This document shows positions 10,244 through 21,093 of a DNA stretch of 34,927 bases, one piece after another. The stretch spans positions 910,457 to 945,383 of the forward strand of contig BCKQ01000006.1 of NCBI GenBank assembly GCA_001600695.1, given 5' to 3'. Positions within the stretch are counted from its first letter, which is position 1. Each line of letters starts with the position of its first letter. Below the pieces are notes generated by a model that made no database searches, had not been told where the DNA came from, and was given only the letters and a program-made list of their open reading frames with translations. The DNA comes from Ascoidea asiatica JCM 7603. Taxonomy: Eukaryota > Fungi > Ascomycota. The position numbers and the translations under genes were made by a program.

Positions 10244-10382
10244 CTTCAAATTATTTATTTCCCAGGAAGAGTTTAAAGAACAGAAAAAAATTTGCTAATT
10301 ATAATTTATGGTTATGGTTATCAATATTGCAATTTCAATTGCAATTGCTTCAAAGATTTATTCCTTGATGCTTTTTTGAAAG

Positions 10383-10695
10383 GTATGTCTCAAAGTTATC
10401 TCTCGCTGGTTGATTACTGAAATTATTTTTCTCAATAGAAGTATAAAGGTTTTAAACCTCAAGTGCTGGACAAAGGCTTTTAGGAAATGGATTTGATTTT
10501 ATTATGATGAATTACTTCTCTGCGTTATCGATTTGAAAAGGTTTCTTTACGAAGTTATCTAAAGGAAAAAAAAAAGTTTTGCTTTTCTGATATTAACTAT
10601 CCTATTGTAATTTCCCAATTCCTTTGGTTAAATAAAAAATATCAATTAATCCATAAGCTAATTTTCAATTACTAACAATTTATCTTTATTTATAG
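10383..10695 (+). other. Spliceosomal intron (313 nt) of an apparently non-coding snoRNA host transcript
   Basis: Perfect yeast signals in correct order and spacing: AG|GTATGT 10383-10388, TACTAAC 10670-10676, T-rich tract, TAG 10693-10695. Flanking exons give no continuous ORF. Confidence 0.8.
10500..10594 (+). ncRNA. SNR68: Box C/D snoRNA, snR68 orthologue (predicted guide for 25S rRNA Am2640)
   Basis: C box ATGATGA 10504-10510; guide TCTGCGTTATCG 10519-10530 complementary to 25S CGAUAACGCAGA (S. cerevisiae ~2638-2649, recalled sequence); D' TTGA 10533-10536; D box CTGA 10587-10590. The fifth base upstream of D' (T10528) pairs with A2640, the known snR68 target. Confidence 0.82.
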
Positions 10696-10984
10696 TTTTT
10701 AATAGATTTCTAATAAATTTTTAATAAATTTTTTCTTTTTTTCAAATTATGTTTTTGTTTATGTAGTTGGAAAATCAGAACGAGTTCTTTTTCCTTTTTT
10801 CTTTCAATTTGAACCGATTGCCTTTGAAAATGATAATTATTTTTCTTGTTGAATTTATTAAAAAGGATTTCTATTTATAATAGATTGTATTAGATAAATA
10901 ATACTGACAACAACTATTTACCTGTAATTATAAAACAAAATAGAATAAACTAAATTAAAATGAGAAAATAAATATATATTATCT

Positions 10985-11719
10985 TTAATCTTGTTCAGCA
11001 ATTGAAATTAAACGCTCTTCAATTTGTTCAGGTGTTAATATAAAAAAATCATCTTTAATTCCAACACCAATTTCAACATCATTTTTTTTTAATTCTGTAC
11101 CTAAAATATTTGAAAATATTATAATTGTTTCATCAACAACTTTAATCCAATCTCCTTTAATAAATTCTTTTTTCTTTAATTTTTTCTCTAAAACTGTAGT
11201 GGCTTCATCTTGTTTTGGTCCAATTGCTGTTGCTTTTGATCCAATAAAATATCCTGCTGGATCACATTTATATAATAATGGTCCCTTTTCATCATCAAAT
11301 GATCCAAATGTTAATGTAACTCCTAAAGGTCTCATATATGCTCTTTGTGTATAAATTTGTGATAAATTTGCCATTCTTTTTGATAAAATATCACATGGAA
11401 TTTCATATCCATATTTATAACGAAATTCTGCTGCTTCTGATTTAGCTCTTAAGGCTTGTGATCTACCATCTGCAATTGATCCTGTTGCAATCATTCCAAT
11501 CAATGGAGTTATTTTAAATAAATAACTTACTGTACTTGGATCTAATAACTTATCTGGTACTTTTTTCTGAGAAATTAAAACAACTGAATCTTCTCCACAT
11601 ATACCTAATGCATTGATATTTGCTGCAGTTATAGCCTTAAATGCATATTCAACTTGATATAATCTACCTTCTGGTGAAAATATAGTAATATGTCTATCAA
11701 ATCCAGCTGATCTTGACAT
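10985..11719 (-). CDS. SCL1: 20S proteasome subunit alpha-1
   Basis: N-terminal signature [63 protein letters not shown]-terminal [11 protein letters not shown]. Confidence 0.97.
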   Translation of the reverse strand: MSRSAGFDRHITIFSPEGRLYQVEYAFKAITAANINALGICGEDSVVLISQKKVPDKLLDPSTVSYLFKITPLIGMIATGSIADGRSQALRAKSEAAEFRYKYGYEIPCDILSKRMANLSQIYTQRAYMRPLGVTLTFGSFDDEKGPLLYKCDPAGYFIGSKATAIGPKQDEATTVLEKKLKKKEFIKGDWIKVVDETIIIFSNILGTELKKNDVEIGVGIKDDFFILTPEQIEERLISIAEQD

Positions 11720-11957
11720 TTTTTTACTTTTTTGTTTTATTCAATTGAAATGATATTGTAATAAAAAATAATAAAGAATTGCTACTCTTTTCTCTTGAAT
11801 ATTCTTTTTATATATATTTCTATAAAATATATTTATATCTACAATGATCCTTGGATATTTTCAATTCTGATTCTGCTTTCAGTATTCAATAATGGAATTG
11901 ATAATCTTTCTACTTCATAATTTCATAACTTCGCAGCTTTACCGTACAACTTCACAT

Positions 11958-11966
11958 AGTGGCAAA
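11958..11966 (+). promoter_or_regulatory. PACE / Rpn4-binding element
   Basis: AGTGGCAAA ~240 bp upstream of the SCL1 start codon; a known variant of GGTGGCAAA found at yeast proteasome genes. Confidence 0.7.
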
Positions 11967-12371
11967 AGTGCTGAGCTACAATACTTAGAATTCCTAATGC
12001 TCCCGTGCAAATTATTCAAACCAAAACTGCTTGTAATGTTTCTCAGAAGCACCGTATATCTGGCTTTACTTTACTAAATAGCATTATTAAATAAAACCTG
12101 ATATTTATTTAAAAATATGATAATTAAAAATTACATTTGGAAATTATATCATTATACGATATTATTATATAAAAAAAAATTTTATGAAAATATCTATGCT
12201 ACAATGCACTATATATATCTCAATTCCATTTGTTTCTGCTATCATTCAAAGGTTAATTTACTGCTTCTTCTAGCCCAAAGAACCTACAGCTAATTTCCCT
12301 AGATTTATAATTTCAAGCTATCAATCATCTGAAAGTTTATTTGAAATTTTAAAAGATTTTCATTATTACTC

Positions 12372-15300
12372 TTATATTGGTTTCTTTCGATTCATCCATT
12401 TACCTTGTGGTAGTTCTGATAGTGGTTTTTTTATGAATTTAGAGCTCTTCTTTATTTGACCATTATTAATATTAACACCAGTATCACTATTCTTATTGAA
12501 AGAGTTTATATCACTATTATTGTTATTTTTATTAAGATGATTATCGCTACTACTATTATTATCAGAATTTATAAAAAAATTATTTTCTCGGTTATTATCA
12601 GGGTATGAAATCCCAAAACTTGCATTTCTTATTAGCGTTGGATCATAAACATTCACTTTTTGACTAGAATTAAAATTATTAATTATTCCAAAGTCATTAA
12701 TATCGATAGTTAAATGTTCATTTGGAATAATGAAACTATTTGCACTTTGAACACTACCTCCATTTTTAATATTGAAATTATTATTTTGCGATGCTTGAAT
12801 TCTTAGTCTTCTTTCTTGAACTGTTTCACTCATTTCTGATGATGATATTGAATTTCTAAAATTCGTCACTTCAATCTTAGGAGCTCTGAAAGCTGAATTA
12901 TTATTATCTGTATCAGTTTGCTCTTCAATGATAGGGACTTTTTTTGATATAATACTAGGTTTATTTCTATCCAATATAAAAGGAAGGATGGCATTAATTG
13001 TTTCCGTTCTTGGAATAAGAATATCAGTATCAGAAGGATTCACCAATGAAATAATTCTATCATCATCATCATCATCCTCTTCACTATTTTTTTTATTGAT
13101 TTCACTATTTCTGTAAGTATTTCCATTTTTGTGAATGATTTTCTTAATTTTATTCTTTTGGAGTTCATTTTCGCTCATTTGGCTTTTATCCTCTTTTTTG
13201 ATTAAATTTGAATTAGACTTATCGATTTCCAATGTGGTTGTGAGATTATTTTTAGCTTTTGAAATAATTGATTCTCGGTCTCCAAAGGAAACTATTTTAT
13301 TTTTTTTTTCGTTAAGGCTTTCTGTTCCGATTTCTTCAACGTTAACAAGTTTCAAAATTCCTTTTTTAGGCTTAAATGTTTTGACATTTATTTCATTTAG
13401 GTTAATTTTCTTCATCGGTTCAATACTAGTTTCCTGACTTTTAGTTATTGGGTTAATCTTTGATTCAACAGCTTCCGGAGAAATTCTTTTAGGCTGATAT
13501 GTTTTTTGGGTAGTCGCAAAGATTTGATCACCAGGAGCTTTTCGAGGGGAATGAATGAGTTTATTTTCAGAACTTTTCTGTTTTTCCTTAGTAGCATCAA
13601 TTTTATCATTTTGATTTTGATTTTGATTTGGAATTAAATTTTGGTTTTCAATTTTACTATTTGAATCCTTAGAGTTCGCTGTTAGTGGATTTACCAAAGT
13701 AATTGAAGGTGATGAAGGTATATTAGATTTTATGACATTATTTTCGTATAAATCTGGTACTATTTTTTGAGGTTTTACGTAATTATTTGTATGATTATCA
13801 AGAGGATTGTCTATCCCTTTGATTTTAATTTTAGGATCAATTTTTTGTTCTAAACTGGAAATCATGCTTTCTTCAGTTAAAATCAGTTGATTACCAGATA
13901 ATAAAACTTTTGTATTTGATTTATATATAACACTTTTATTGCCATTGATATTCGAATTTACAGGTATATTTTCATTGTTATTACCATTCTCATTTATGCC
14001 TAAATCATTAGGTTCCGTTATAATTTGTTTTGTAGTTTGTTTATGATTTGAAGGAAATTTTTTAAACAAAGAAAAATATTCTTTTGGAGGAATATCTTTA
14101 AATAAAAATCTTGCAGCTTTAAATTTTTTATCATAGGAACAAATTAAATTAATAAAATAATCTGCATTATCAATTAGAATTTTTAAAATATGAATTTCAC
14201 TTGAAAGAACATAAAAGTTTTTTTTTGATTGATCATTATTAAAAAAATATTGATGAAAAATTTTCGATATGATATAAGAATTTAAACTTGTGATTTCAAA
14301 AATCTCTTTAAATCTATTTAGGTCACTATAATTTTTGAAGAAATCTAAAAGATAAATCAATAGATGTAAATTATATACACTATAATTATTTAATAATAAA
14401 GTATTTGCAGTGAAATTTATAAGGGAAGTAATTTCTAATTTTATAATATCATCATCGATTGTTTTATTTTTCTTATCTATTGAAAACAAGATTGAATCTA
14501 GATGATTATTTTTTGAATTTAAAAATGAATCAAATTTTGGACAATTATCTAATTTCGGATTTGAAAGAAAATTTACCAATATGGATGAAATATTTGAGGA
14601 TATTATTGAATCAGGTAATTCTTGAAGGTAAGATTTCATTAATGCTGAAATATCATAAGGAGATATAATGAAATGAGTCATAGATTCTAAAGGTTCAATT
14701 GAATCTATACTTGAAGAATGTATAAGAGGTCGCTGATTTGAATTATCATTATTATTATTATGATTATTATTATGATTATTATTATGATTATTATTATGAT
14801 TATTATTGTGATTATTATTGTGATTATTATTGTGATTATTATTGTGGTTATTATTATTAATAATAGGTATGGAACTGTTAATAAAATCATTTGATTTATT
14901 TCTTTTAGTAAAGATTAAGGAAGACCTTCTGATTTTAGATAAAAGAGAATGTGATCGCTGAGGTGCTTCTGTTATTGGAGAAGTTGGGTTAGATTTAGAT
15001 TTAAATTTTGAATTTTGAGTTGAATTATTGGAATTGATTGAATTTATGGGAGAAAAAGATCCATTGGTGATATCAGAAGAAAAAGAAGAATTTTTTTTAG
15101 GAGTTCCTATTACATTATATTGATTGAAAATTTTCATATTTCTTGAAGGATGATCGTTGATTAAATTTTTTAAAAAATCAATATTTTGTTTATTCCCAGT
15201 TTTATTTTTTTCATTATTAATGAATAAAGAATCAATATTCAAATAATCATTTTTTTTGAAAAAATTAACAATTGAGATTATAATGTAAGGTAATTTTAAA

Positions 15301-15515
15301 CCTATCAAAACTATAGGTTGTTTTGATTGATCGCCATAATAATAATGCAAAGGTGGTAAGGGTATTAAAGGTTCAATTACATAATAATTTGATCCATTAA
15401 TTTTAAATACTTCTTCCAAAGATAAACCAAAAACAGAACGATGCTTACTGCCTGTTGGCAATGAAGATATTGTCAAAATTTCCAAAGGCAGTTTTGAAGA
15501 TTGGTAATATGACAT
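12372..15515 (-). CDS. RhoGAP-fold protein (Sac7/Bag7-like, divergent) with long low-complexity C-terminus
   Basis: 1047-aa ORF; SVFGLSLEE, LPYIIISIVNFF, YDISALMKSYLQELPDSII, NLHLLIYLLDFF and NSYIISKIF match the RhoGAP helix motifs in order. Confidence 0.7.
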   Translation of the reverse strand: MSYYQSSKLPLEILTISSLPTGSKHRSVFGLSLEEVFKINGSNYYVIEPLIPLPPLHYYYGDQSKQPIVLIGLKLPYIIISIVNFFKKNDYLNIDSLFINNEKNKTGNKQNIDFLKNLINDHPSRNMKIFNQYNVIGTPKKNSSFSSDITNGSFSPINSINSNNSTQNSKFKSKSNPTSPITEAPQRSHSLLSKIRRSSLIFTKRNKSNDFINSSIPIINNNNHNNNHNNNHNNNHNNNHNNNHNNNHNNNHNNNNDNSNQRPLIHSSSIDSIEPLESMTHFIISPYDISALMKSYLQELPDSIISSNISSILVNFLSNPKLDNCPKFDSFLNSKNNHLDSILFSIDKKNKTIDDDIIKLEITSLINFTANTLLLNNYSVYNLHLLIYLLDFFKNYSDLNRFKEIFEITSLNSYIISKIFHQYFFNNDQSKKNFYVLSSEIHILKILIDNADYFINLICSYDKKFKAARFLFKDIPPKEYFSLFKKFPSNHKQTTKQIITEPNDLGINENGNNNENIPVNSNINGNKSVIYKSNTKVLLSGNQLILTEESMISSLEQKIDPKIKIKGIDNPLDNHTNNYVKPQKIVPDLYENNVIKSNIPSSPSITLVNPLTANSKDSNSKIENQNLIPNQNQNQNDKIDATKEKQKSSENKLIHSPRKAPGDQIFATTQKTYQPKRISPEAVESKINPITKSQETSIEPMKKINLNEINVKTFKPKKGILKLVNVEEIGTESLNEKKNKIVSFGDRESIISKAKNNLTTTLEIDKSNSNLIKKEDKSQMSENELQKNKIKKIIHKNGNTYRNSEINKKNSEEDDDDDDRIISLVNPSDTDILIPRTETINAILPFILDRNKPSIISKKVPIIEEQTDTDNNNSAFRAPKIEVTNFRNSISSSEMSETVQERRLRIQASQNNNFNIKNGGSVQSANSFIIPNEHLTIDINDFGIINNFNSSQKVNVYDPTLIRNASFGISYPDNNRENNFFINSDNNSSSDNHLNKNNNNSDINSFNKNSDTGVNINNGQIKKSSKFIKKPLSELPQGKWMNRKKPI
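14749..14858 (-). repeat. 12-bp coding tandem repeat encoding (NNNH)n, ~8 units
   Basis: tgattattatta / tgattattattg units on the + strand; NNNNHNNNH... in the translation. Confidence 0.9.
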
Positions 15516-15674
15516 TTAGGAAACTTAAATATAATTTATATAAAGTTTAGATATAATTGAAATCTCTAGAACCGTGAAAATCTGAAAAAGGGTAACTAAT
15601 GAAATAAGGATATAATTAACAAAAAATAAGTAAGGAGTTTTGAATAAATTTGAATGAATTCGATTGATTTTAAA

Positions 15675-15714
15675 TGATTCTATGATTCTATGATTCTATG
15701 ATTCTATGATTCTA
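15675..15714. repeat. 8-bp tandem repeat (ATGATTCT) x5
   Basis: atgattct repeated five times upstream of the RhoGAP-like gene. Confidence 0.8.
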
Positions 15715-16486
15715 TTATTTTACGATTTAAAATTGTTTTACCAAGCCAAAAAGAATTTAAGTTCCTATACTGTAAACGGATATGGCTAATTATTGTAATT
15801 CTTGCCACAATGCATTCGTCAAATGGGGAGTAAAAGCATTTATTGTATCAGAGTTATCTTTAAAATGAGCTAGAAGGTCTTTCTTTTTTCCAATTCAGAT
15901 ATTATTTCTGGACTTTGTTTTGGTAACAATACTGATATAAATAGGAATATAAAAATATAGAAACAAATATTGGAATAGGAATAGGAATATAAAAATAGGT
16001 TTTTTGGTATCAGTTAACTTGCAAGCATTTTATCTCTGCGTAACACTGATGCCAGTAGCATGCCATATTTAGATTCGCCTTTTCCGCGGAGATTTGGTCT
16101 GTTTGGCATTACACCGGCGTTAAGCAAGTCTTGACTTACCCTGTTGGGTAGAATGCAAAGAAAATACCTTTGGGACAGCCGACCGGTAATTTGAATGATT
16201 TGCACCATAAAGTTTCATTGTCCCTGACCCATAATAATGGCTTTTTATTCTAAAATGTGGATTTTCATATCCGCGGTCTGGAAAGTAGGAAACCAAACTA
16301 CCGGAATCTGTTTCGGAAAAAAAAAAAAATATTTTTTTTCAAAACTTTCTAAAGAAAGAGTGATAAAAAAATATGGAAATGAAAAAAAAAGTTTTTAATA
16401 TAATTAGTTAAAAAATACGGATTTATTATATTTTTCCATTTATTCTTTCACTTATTTTTATTCCTTTTCTAAATCAACTCATAATT

Positions 16487-18193
16487 ATGACAATGGAATT
16501 AGCTAGAATTAGCAAAGAAGAAAGTAAAAGGCTTTTGAAAGACAAAAATCTTCTAAGTCAAGAAGTTATAGACAAATATCGTTTAGCAGGTCAAATAACT
16601 CAAACATGTTTGAATTATTTAATCTCTTTAATTAGAGATTCTTATCACTTAGGTAAAATAAATAAGCTTTCTTCCACTGAACTCTGTATTCTTGGTGACT
16701 CTTATTTATCTTCTACTATTTCAAATGTTTTTAAATCTAAGAAATCAAAACCTATTGAAAAAGGTATTTCCCAACCAGTTACTATTCAAGTTGATCAATC
16801 ATTAGCTAATTGCTCTCCGGAAATTGATAATGATAATTCTAAATTCAATTTAGTTTTCAATCCTGGTGATATTGTCAAAATTTCCTTTGGTGTTCATATC
16901 GATGGTTATACTTCCTCTGTCTCACACACTATAGTTATTTATCCTCCACATACTGAATCATCAACAGACATAAATAAAAATTTAAATGGGAATATTGAAG
17001 AATATATACCATCTGGTCCTTTGTTAGGACCCAAGGCTGATGCTATTTGTGCTGCTTATATAGCCACTGAAGCGGTTGTTTCTCTATTAGGTCTTGCTGT
17101 ATTTCCGGAGAAAATGCCTTTGAATTTAAAAAATGAAACTACTGGTCATAATCAAATAAATGGTATAATAATTAGAAATATTGTTGATAGAATATCTTCT
17201 TTATTCAATTGTGCCGTTGTACCAGGTTCAAAAGTTAGAAGAATTAAAAGATTTTTAGCTGGTCAAAATGAAGGTATTGTATTAGAAAAAGATTTCAAAG
17301 GTGTAATCTGGACTGAAGCAAATCAAGAACTAAACATTTTATCAAAATCTTCTTTGAAAAATGCTACAAATATTAATCTTAATAAAAATAATTGTAATAA
17401 AAGAGATGAAGAATTTATTGTTAAAGCTGGTGAAGTTTATTGTGTTGATATTTCGATGTCTCCTTTATCTGAGTTTAATGAAGTTGGCTTAATTTCATTA
17501 CAAGAAATAAGTGATTTAATTGTTCAAAGACCATCAATATTTATTAGAGATTTTGCCTATTCTCATTCATTACGCTTACAAGCTGCAAGAAAAACTTTAA
17601 ATAAAATAGATAAAACTTGTTCAGTTTATCCTTTCAAAATTTCATATTTATCAGATAACTTTCCAATTGATCCAAAAGGTGATTTGGTTGACCAAATAAA
17701 TAAAATTAAAAATGATATCAAATCTATTAAATTAGGTTTAAGTGAAATTGTTAATCATAAATTAGTTATTGAAAAGCCAATTATTCAAGCTAAATTTATT
17801 CCATTAAACGAAATTTTAAAAACTGCAAATCCAACAGGTCAAAGTAATATAAGTGAAAATAATTCAGATCTTTTAGACATAGCATTACCTAAATTAGGTA
17901 TAACATCATTAAAATTAAAAACATTATTAAAGTTTGGTAAAGATATACCAGTTGCAACCGAAAATACAACTATCATATTAATTGAAAATGGTAATAATTT
18001 TACAAGTGGAGGTAAAGGAGAAGTTTTAAGATTATCTGGAGGATCAAAAATTGGTAAGCCAAATTGGGTTCATAGTAAATATAGCTTAAAAGGAGATGGT
18101 GTTGAAGATATTGTAAATTTAATCAAATTGGGACAAGATGAAAGATTTGGTATAAGAATTAAAGAATGTCAGCCGATCAAAATGAGAATTTAG
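16487..18193 (+). CDS. ARX1: Pre-60S ribosome export factor, inactive M24 (MetAP-fold) peptidase
   Basis: LLKDKNLL..KYRLAGQITQT..DSYH, GDIVKISFGVHIDGYTSSVSHTIVIYP, GPLLGPKADAI, VPGSKVRRIKRFLAGQNEGIV, LRLSGG..PNWVHS, ECQP all match Arx1. Confidence 0.95.
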   Translation: MTMELARISKEESKRLLKDKNLLSQEVIDKYRLAGQITQTCLNYLISLIRDSYHLGKINKLSSTELCILGDSYLSSTISNVFKSKKSKPIEKGISQPVTIQVDQSLANCSPEIDNDNSKFNLVFNPGDIVKISFGVHIDGYTSSVSHTIVIYPPHTESSTDINKNLNGNIEEYIPSGPLLGPKADAICAAYIATEAVVSLLGLAVFPEKMPLNLKNETTGHNQINGIIIRNIVDRISSLFNCAVVPGSKVRRIKRFLAGQNEGIVLEKDFKGVIWTEANQELNILSKSSLKNATNINLNKNNCNKRDEEFIVKAGEVYCVDISMSPLSEFNEVGLISLQEISDLIVQRPSIFIRDFAYSHSLRLQAARKTLNKIDKTCSVYPFKISYLSDNFPIDPKGDLVDQINKIKNDIKSIKLGLSEIVNHKLVIEKPIIQAKFIPLNEILKTANPTGQSNISENNSDLLDIALPKLGITSLKLKTLLKFGKDIPVATENTTIILIENGNNFTSGGKGEVLRLSGGSKIGKPNWVHSKYSLKGDGVEDIVNLIKLGQDERFGIRIKECQPIKMRI

Positions 18194-19749
18194 ATATTTT
18201 CAATATAATCATTTACAGTATATATTAAAACTCAAATAAATATGTCAAATTAAAAGTGGAATAACAAATTAGAGAAACTTTCATTGAATAAAAAATTTCA
18301 TAACTGTTATATTATCAAATAAATAAAATAGTCTACCCTTCTAAGTGCAACTTATCTTCTTACTGTGGTCTATGATATGGATCAATTTGAATTGAAAAAT
18401 AATGAAGATTTTAAAATAATAAAGCTTAGTTGTAGCTCGGTGCTTTTAATATAAAAAACTGATGAAAGGAAATCCGATTTACGGGTCAGGTCGGAACTCA
18501 GTCTTGGGAATTCAAAGGAAAATATCTTTGATCTTGTAGGATAACTTTTTGAAATAAAAAGTAATAACTATCCTGCTCTTTTATGCTTTATTGCACGGCT
18601 AAAAATGCGCGCTCTATTGAAATCACAAAAGTGGTACGCAAAAATCTTAGAAAATTATGCGCACAAAAAGATCAAGCTATCTGAGCTATAGTTTTGTGTA
18701 GTGGCTGGTAAATCAGTGAAAAAGGCATTCGATACACAAATTGGTTTAAAATCTGTGTTTATATGTGCACGTCGGTTGAGCCGTTGCAGTTTGTTCACGT
18801 TGAAGCAGTCGCTCGTAAGTTTTCAGCTGAGGTGTGGGAAATTGTGTTGACAATTGTTTATTTCAGCCAATAAAATTACCATAATGAATGGTTTACACTA
18901 CGTAAAAGTCCTTGGCTTCATACAAATTCCAAACTACTGAAATCTGATTATTCTTGTCCTAAATTGATCTCAGATCAACACATTTTATCATAAGAATAGA
19001 TAATAGTAGAAAATAGTTAAAAATTCTTACCAGACTATCTATGATTACGCTTTTATCTGTTCTCAAAGTATCCTCTTTTTTTATCGTGTTTGGCATTGCA
19101 TTTTTTGATAATTTCTATGACAAGTTTCATAAAGTCAGAGGCCCAGTGTAAATACTGAAATTTCTTTCCCTCATTTAAACAACATTCAGATTAGAGGCTA
19201 TTTGATACTTATAAATTATTAGTTTCAGAAACTTTTTTGTATTTCTAATAGTTTTAATATTTTTCTCTATTAATATTTCTTTTACAAATTATCCATAGTA
19301 TTTTATTTTTTTTTTAAATAGAGTAATAATAGTTTTATAATTTTTTCAACTATTTTTTCAAAAAGAGTGCCTTTCAAATACTAAATTACTAAACTATAAT
19401 CTTCAAGGTCTAGAATCTTTTTTCAAATAAAAAAGGAAAATATCAATATTCTGCAATAAGGTAATTTCCAAATTAATATATTAAAAGTCAAAATTATCAT
19501 TCGCTTACAAAAATTAAATTTTTGACTTTTTTGTTTTCACATATTTTTTTTTTCTCATAATAATTTCATAGTATATCTTCATTTAATCGAATAATTTTTT
19601 TGGTTTCTACTTTTTGCTCTTATTTTTGGTTTATTTTGCTATCATATTGTCAAGATTTTGTTCAAATTTTGCTAACTTTTTTCCCACATTTATTTCAATG
19701 AATATTGAAACTTGAAAATTAAAAGTAATTAAAAATTAACATCATAAAA

Positions 19750-21093
19750 ATGAAAGGAATAATATTTCAACTTTTATTACCTTTATTTATAACTTTAAGA
19801 TATGTTATATCAGATACTATAAGTTGTGATGCTGATAATTTATGCCCAGAAGACACACCATGTTGTTCTCAATATGGTGTTTGTGGGGTAGGAGCATATT
19901 GTTTAGGTACTTGCGATCCAAGATATTCATATAATCTTACAGCATGTATGCCAGTGCCAATTTGTAAAGATGTTTCAACTAAATTTACTTCGAAGGATCA
20001 AGTGTTATCTGTAGATGATTATTATGGTGGTTCAAATGAAAGTGATTGGATATATGATGGTACTTTATTAGATTATGACGATTCCATTATATTAGCAATG
20101 CCAGCAGATTCTTCAGGCACGGTTCTTTCTTCAACAAGATATCTTTGGTATGGTAAAGTATCTGTTACAATGAAAACTTCAAGAGGTGGAGGAGTTATTT
20201 CTGCATTCATTTTATTCTCTAATGTTCAAGATGAAATTGATTTTGAAAATGTTGGAGCAGATCTTTATAAGTATCAAAGTAATTTCTATTATCAAGGAGC
20301 TTTAAATTATTCAAATTCAATTAATATCACAACTAATGATAGTGTATTCGAGGAATATCACACTTTAACGGTTGATTGGACAGAAGAGAAATTAACTTGG
20401 TCACTTGATGGAGAAGTTGGAAGAATTCTAGAAAAAGAAGATACATGGAATGATACTAGTGAAACTTATCATTATCCAGCAACACCATCAAGAGTTCAAA
20501 TTTCTTTATGGCCTGGTGGAGATTCATCAAATTCAGCAGGTACTATTGCTTGGGCAGGAGGAGCAATTGATTGGAATTCAACTGATATTCAAAACTATGG
20601 ATATGATTATTTAATTTTACAAGAAATTGAAATTGAATGCTATGATCCACCTTCTGGATTTATAACTAGTGGTAATGTAAGTTATAGATACAATTCCACA
20701 GATAAACCAGAAGATGGAATTATGATAACAAATGATAGAACTTATTTAGCAAGTTTAGAGAATACTGGATTTAATTCAGATGAGGAAGATGATAGTGATG
20801 ATGACGATGATGATAGCAGTAGCAGCAGTAGCACTTCCAATTCATCTTCTGGAACATCAAGTAAGAAAAGTACTTCAACTAAAACAGGAAGTACAGATTC
20901 TACAGCAGCTACAATTAATACTAAAATTTCCAAAGCAGCAACAGCAACAACATATACTTATACAGGATTTTTGCAAGATGGCACAATGCCACCTTCATCA
21001 TCAGCATCTGGATTTGCTGGGAAATATTCAGTATCTAATTCATTTTTGTTTTCAGGAAGCATACTAAGTTTAATTTCATCATTCTTTTTGTGA
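19750..21093 (+). CDS. UTR2: GH16 chitin transglycosylase with N-terminal chitin-binding module, GPI-anchored
   Basis: Signal peptide; CPEDTPCCSQYGVCGVGAYCLGTCDPRYS module typical of Utr2/Crh2; catalytic DEIDFE; YPATPSRVQISLWPGG..GTIAWAGG; Ser/Thr-rich stalk; hydrophobic C-terminus. Confidence 0.92.
   Translation: MKGIIFQLLLPLFITLRYVISDTISCDADNLCPEDTPCCSQYGVCGVGAYCLGTCDPRYSYNLTACMPVPICKDVSTKFTSKDQVLSVDDYYGGSNESDWIYDGTLLDYDDSIILAMPADSSGTVLSSTRYLWYGKVSVTMKTSRGGGVISAFILFSNVQDEIDFENVGADLYKYQSNFYYQGALNYSNSINITTNDSVFEEYHTLTVDWTEEKLTWSLDGEVGRILEKEDTWNDTSETYHYPATPSRVQISLWPGGDSSNSAGTIAWAGGAIDWNSTDIQNYGYDYLILQEIEIECYDPPSGFITSGNVSYRYNSTDKPEDGIMITNDRTYLASLENTGFNSDEEDDSDDDDDDSSSSSSTSNSSSGTSSKKSTSTKTGSTDSTAATINTKISKAATATTYTYTGFLQDGTMPPSSSASGFAGKYSVSNSFLFSGSILSLISSFFL

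Noticed and set aside
12928-14890. Antisense and alternative-frame ORFs over the RhoGAP-like gene (similar ones overlap other genes)
   Set aside because: Shadow ORFs from low-complexity coding sequence.
18459-18510. CTGATGA suggesting a hammerhead ribozyme or C box
   Set aside because: No correctly placed GAAA core or stems I/III, and no D box.
19461-19725. Possible UTR2 5' UTR intron (GTAATT..TGCTAAC..AAG) that would remove an upstream ATG at 19698
   Set aside because: All three signals are non-consensus; unsupported without RNA data.
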